From an uncultured Pelagibacteraceae bacterium (GTDB lineage Bacteria > Pseudomonadota > Alphaproteobacteria > Pelagibacterales > AG-422-B15), in assembly GCA_902584815.1 (NCBI GenBank), contig CACIBF010000004.1, forward strand, positions 5,217-69,216: 64,000 nt of DNA, in the 5' to 3' direction. Below, one piece after another: positions 62,722 to 64,000 of this stretch. Position numbers and translations under genes: made by a program. Every line of letters begins with the position of its first letter. Position 1 is the stretch's first letter. A model generated the notes under the pieces. The model searched no databases. It was not told where the DNA came from and was given only the letters and a program-made list of their open reading frames with translations.

Positions 62722-64000
62722 CTACTGTTTTACTTTGTGTTTAAATGAGTCCTGTCTAAAAGAATATAATGCATCAGGCGAGCATTGAACATCGATTACT
62801 GTTGGGCATTCAGCTTCTATCCCAGCTTGGATCGCATTCCCAATATCTCCTGCTTTTTCAACCTTTATGCCCTTACATCCATATAACTCAGCCGCCTTAT
62901 CAAACTCAGGAGTTGTAATATGAGCTCCTATAAAACGGCCATCAAAAAAGTCTTTTTGATATGCTGCCTCAGCGCCCCATGTTCCATTATTCATAACAAC
63001 ACACACTGTATTGATATCATTTTCAACTGCTGTTGAAAGTTCAGGAAGAACCATCGACATACCGCCATCTCCATGAAATGACACTACGGGTCGTTCTGGT
63101 GCTGCCAATTTAATTCCCAAACCAGCTGGAAAAGAAAATCCTACTAATCCAAAATCAAGTGGAGAAAATAAACTCTTTGGTTGATGATAATGTAGCGCAT
63201 CAGTTAATTGAAGACACATCGTACCAGCATCTAACGTCACAACGCTATCATCTGGTAATGCATTTCTTAATCCTTTAAACAATCCTGATGGTAAAATTGG
63301 AACACTGTCCATATCAGCATCTGCATCTCTTTGTTCAAGGTAATTTTTTTTATTACTTTTAAATTGATCTGCCCATGCTTCCACTTCTTGTTTAGCTTTA
63401 TGTTTCTTTAGAAGATTGCATAGTTGATCTGCAACTGTTTTAGCATCTGCATGAATGCCTACTTCAACTGGAAAATACCGACCGATAGAATTTTGATCAA
63501 TTTCACATTGTATAATTGAAGCATCTTTGTTCAGATTATCATATGAATAGAATGTTGTATTAAATCCTAAGCGACTTCCCAAGACTAAAATAACATCAGC
63601 TTCCTTTAAAAGTTGTGTGCCCAGCCCTGAACCACGCGGTCCAGCTGAACCAGCATTTAATGGATGACCGTATGGAATTGCATCTCCATGTCCTGGCGAT
63701 GTTGTACAAGGTGAATTTAATAACTCAGCTAATTTTAAAACACTATCTGAGGCATTCATTCCATAATTTTTAATTCCAGCTCCAACTAAAATGACAGGCT
63801 TTTGTGCTTCGCTTAAAAGTTTTACCGCTTGCTGTAAGTTTTTCTCTGCTGCAGTAGGAGCATCAATTGATTGAAACTTTGATGCCTCATTAAAGTCAGC
63901 GGTTTGCCCTAGGACATCTCTTGGCATATCAACATGTACAGGGCCTGACCGAGGAGTTAATGCTGTTTGCATCGCTTCGTTTAAGATATCTGAAATTGAC
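62722..64000 (-). CDS. Thiamine-diphosphate-dependent enzyme (acetolactate synthase / sulfoacetaldehyde acetyltransferase-like), C-terminal two-thirds only
   Basis: The ThDP-binding motif is GDGGMSMVLPELSTAVENDINTVCVVMNNG. A central domain begins GPVHVDMPRDV. The reading frame stays open to the window edge, so the N-terminal Pyr domain lies beyond 64000. Confidence 0.85.
   Translation of the reverse strand, partial: SISDILNEAMQTALTPRSGPVHVDMPRDVLGQTADFNEASKFQSIDAPTAAEKNLQQAVKLLSEAQKPVILVGAGIKNYGMNASDSVLKLAELLNSPCTTSPGHGDAIPYGHPLNAGSAGPRGSGLGTQLLKEADVILVLGSRLGFNTTFYSYDNLNKDASIIQCEIDQNSIGRYFPVEVGIHADAKTVADQLCNLLKKHKAKQEVEAWADQFKSNKKNYLEQRDADADMDSVPILPSGLFKGLRNALPDDSVVTLDAGTMCLQLTDALHYHQPKSLFSPLDFGLVGFSFPAGLGIKLAAPERPVVSFHGDGGMSMVLPELSTAVENDINTVCVVMNNGTWGAEAAYQKDFFDGRFIGAHITTPEFDKAAELYGCKGIKVEKAGDIGNAIQAGIEAECPTVIDVQCSPDALYSFRQDSFKHKVKQ

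Overview
The window is a very AT-rich, extremely gene-dense chromosome segment. By eye it has almost no intergenic DNA and many 1-4 nt start/stop overlaps. The gene content and synteny are alphaproteobacterial. The style resembles a streamlined marine or freshwater lineage, SAR11/Pelagibacterales-like. However, the 16S differs at several positions from the classic SAR11 probe sites as I remember them, so I do not assign a clade.

Layout from left to right:
- 1-2195: the end of a cell-surface nonulosonic-acid/glycosylation cluster (Ugd-like, NeuB-like, formyltransferase).
- 2254-7109: a complete minus-strand rRNA operon, 16S-tRNAIle-tRNAAla-23S-5S.
- 7.5-47 kb: a long run of housekeeping genes. 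These are prfA-prmC, ispG, lysC, ubiG, grxC, argJ, secA, queG, gltDB, uppP, kpsF-lptCAB, aroA-cmk-rpsA-ihfB-pyrF-trpFBA-accD-folC, trxA, rmuC and sbcB.
- 48.3-59.9 kb: a urea utilisation block, ureDABCEFG plus two extra coupled ORFs, divergent from urtABCDE.
- 59.9-64 kb: an uncharacterised aldehyde dehydrogenase / hydrolase / AA_synth / TPP-enzyme cluster that runs off the right edge.

I saw no CRISPR array, transposase, integrase, prophage or recognisable defence or toxin-antitoxin genes.

The points most worth a second look:
- prmC is split by a 1-nt frameshift at an A10 run.
- Two 15-bp GTCATA-N3-TATGAC palindromes lie in the gltD/uppP control region.
- A 53-bp tandem duplication lies in the ureD/urtA divergent control region.
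- A DUF2237 gene and a 50-aa membrane ORF are translationally chained to ureG.
- UrtB carries a ~375-aa N-terminal extension.
- A 351-bp spacer contains two overlapping sub-threshold ORFs.

All calls come from reading the sequence and the ORF translations. No database search was possible.
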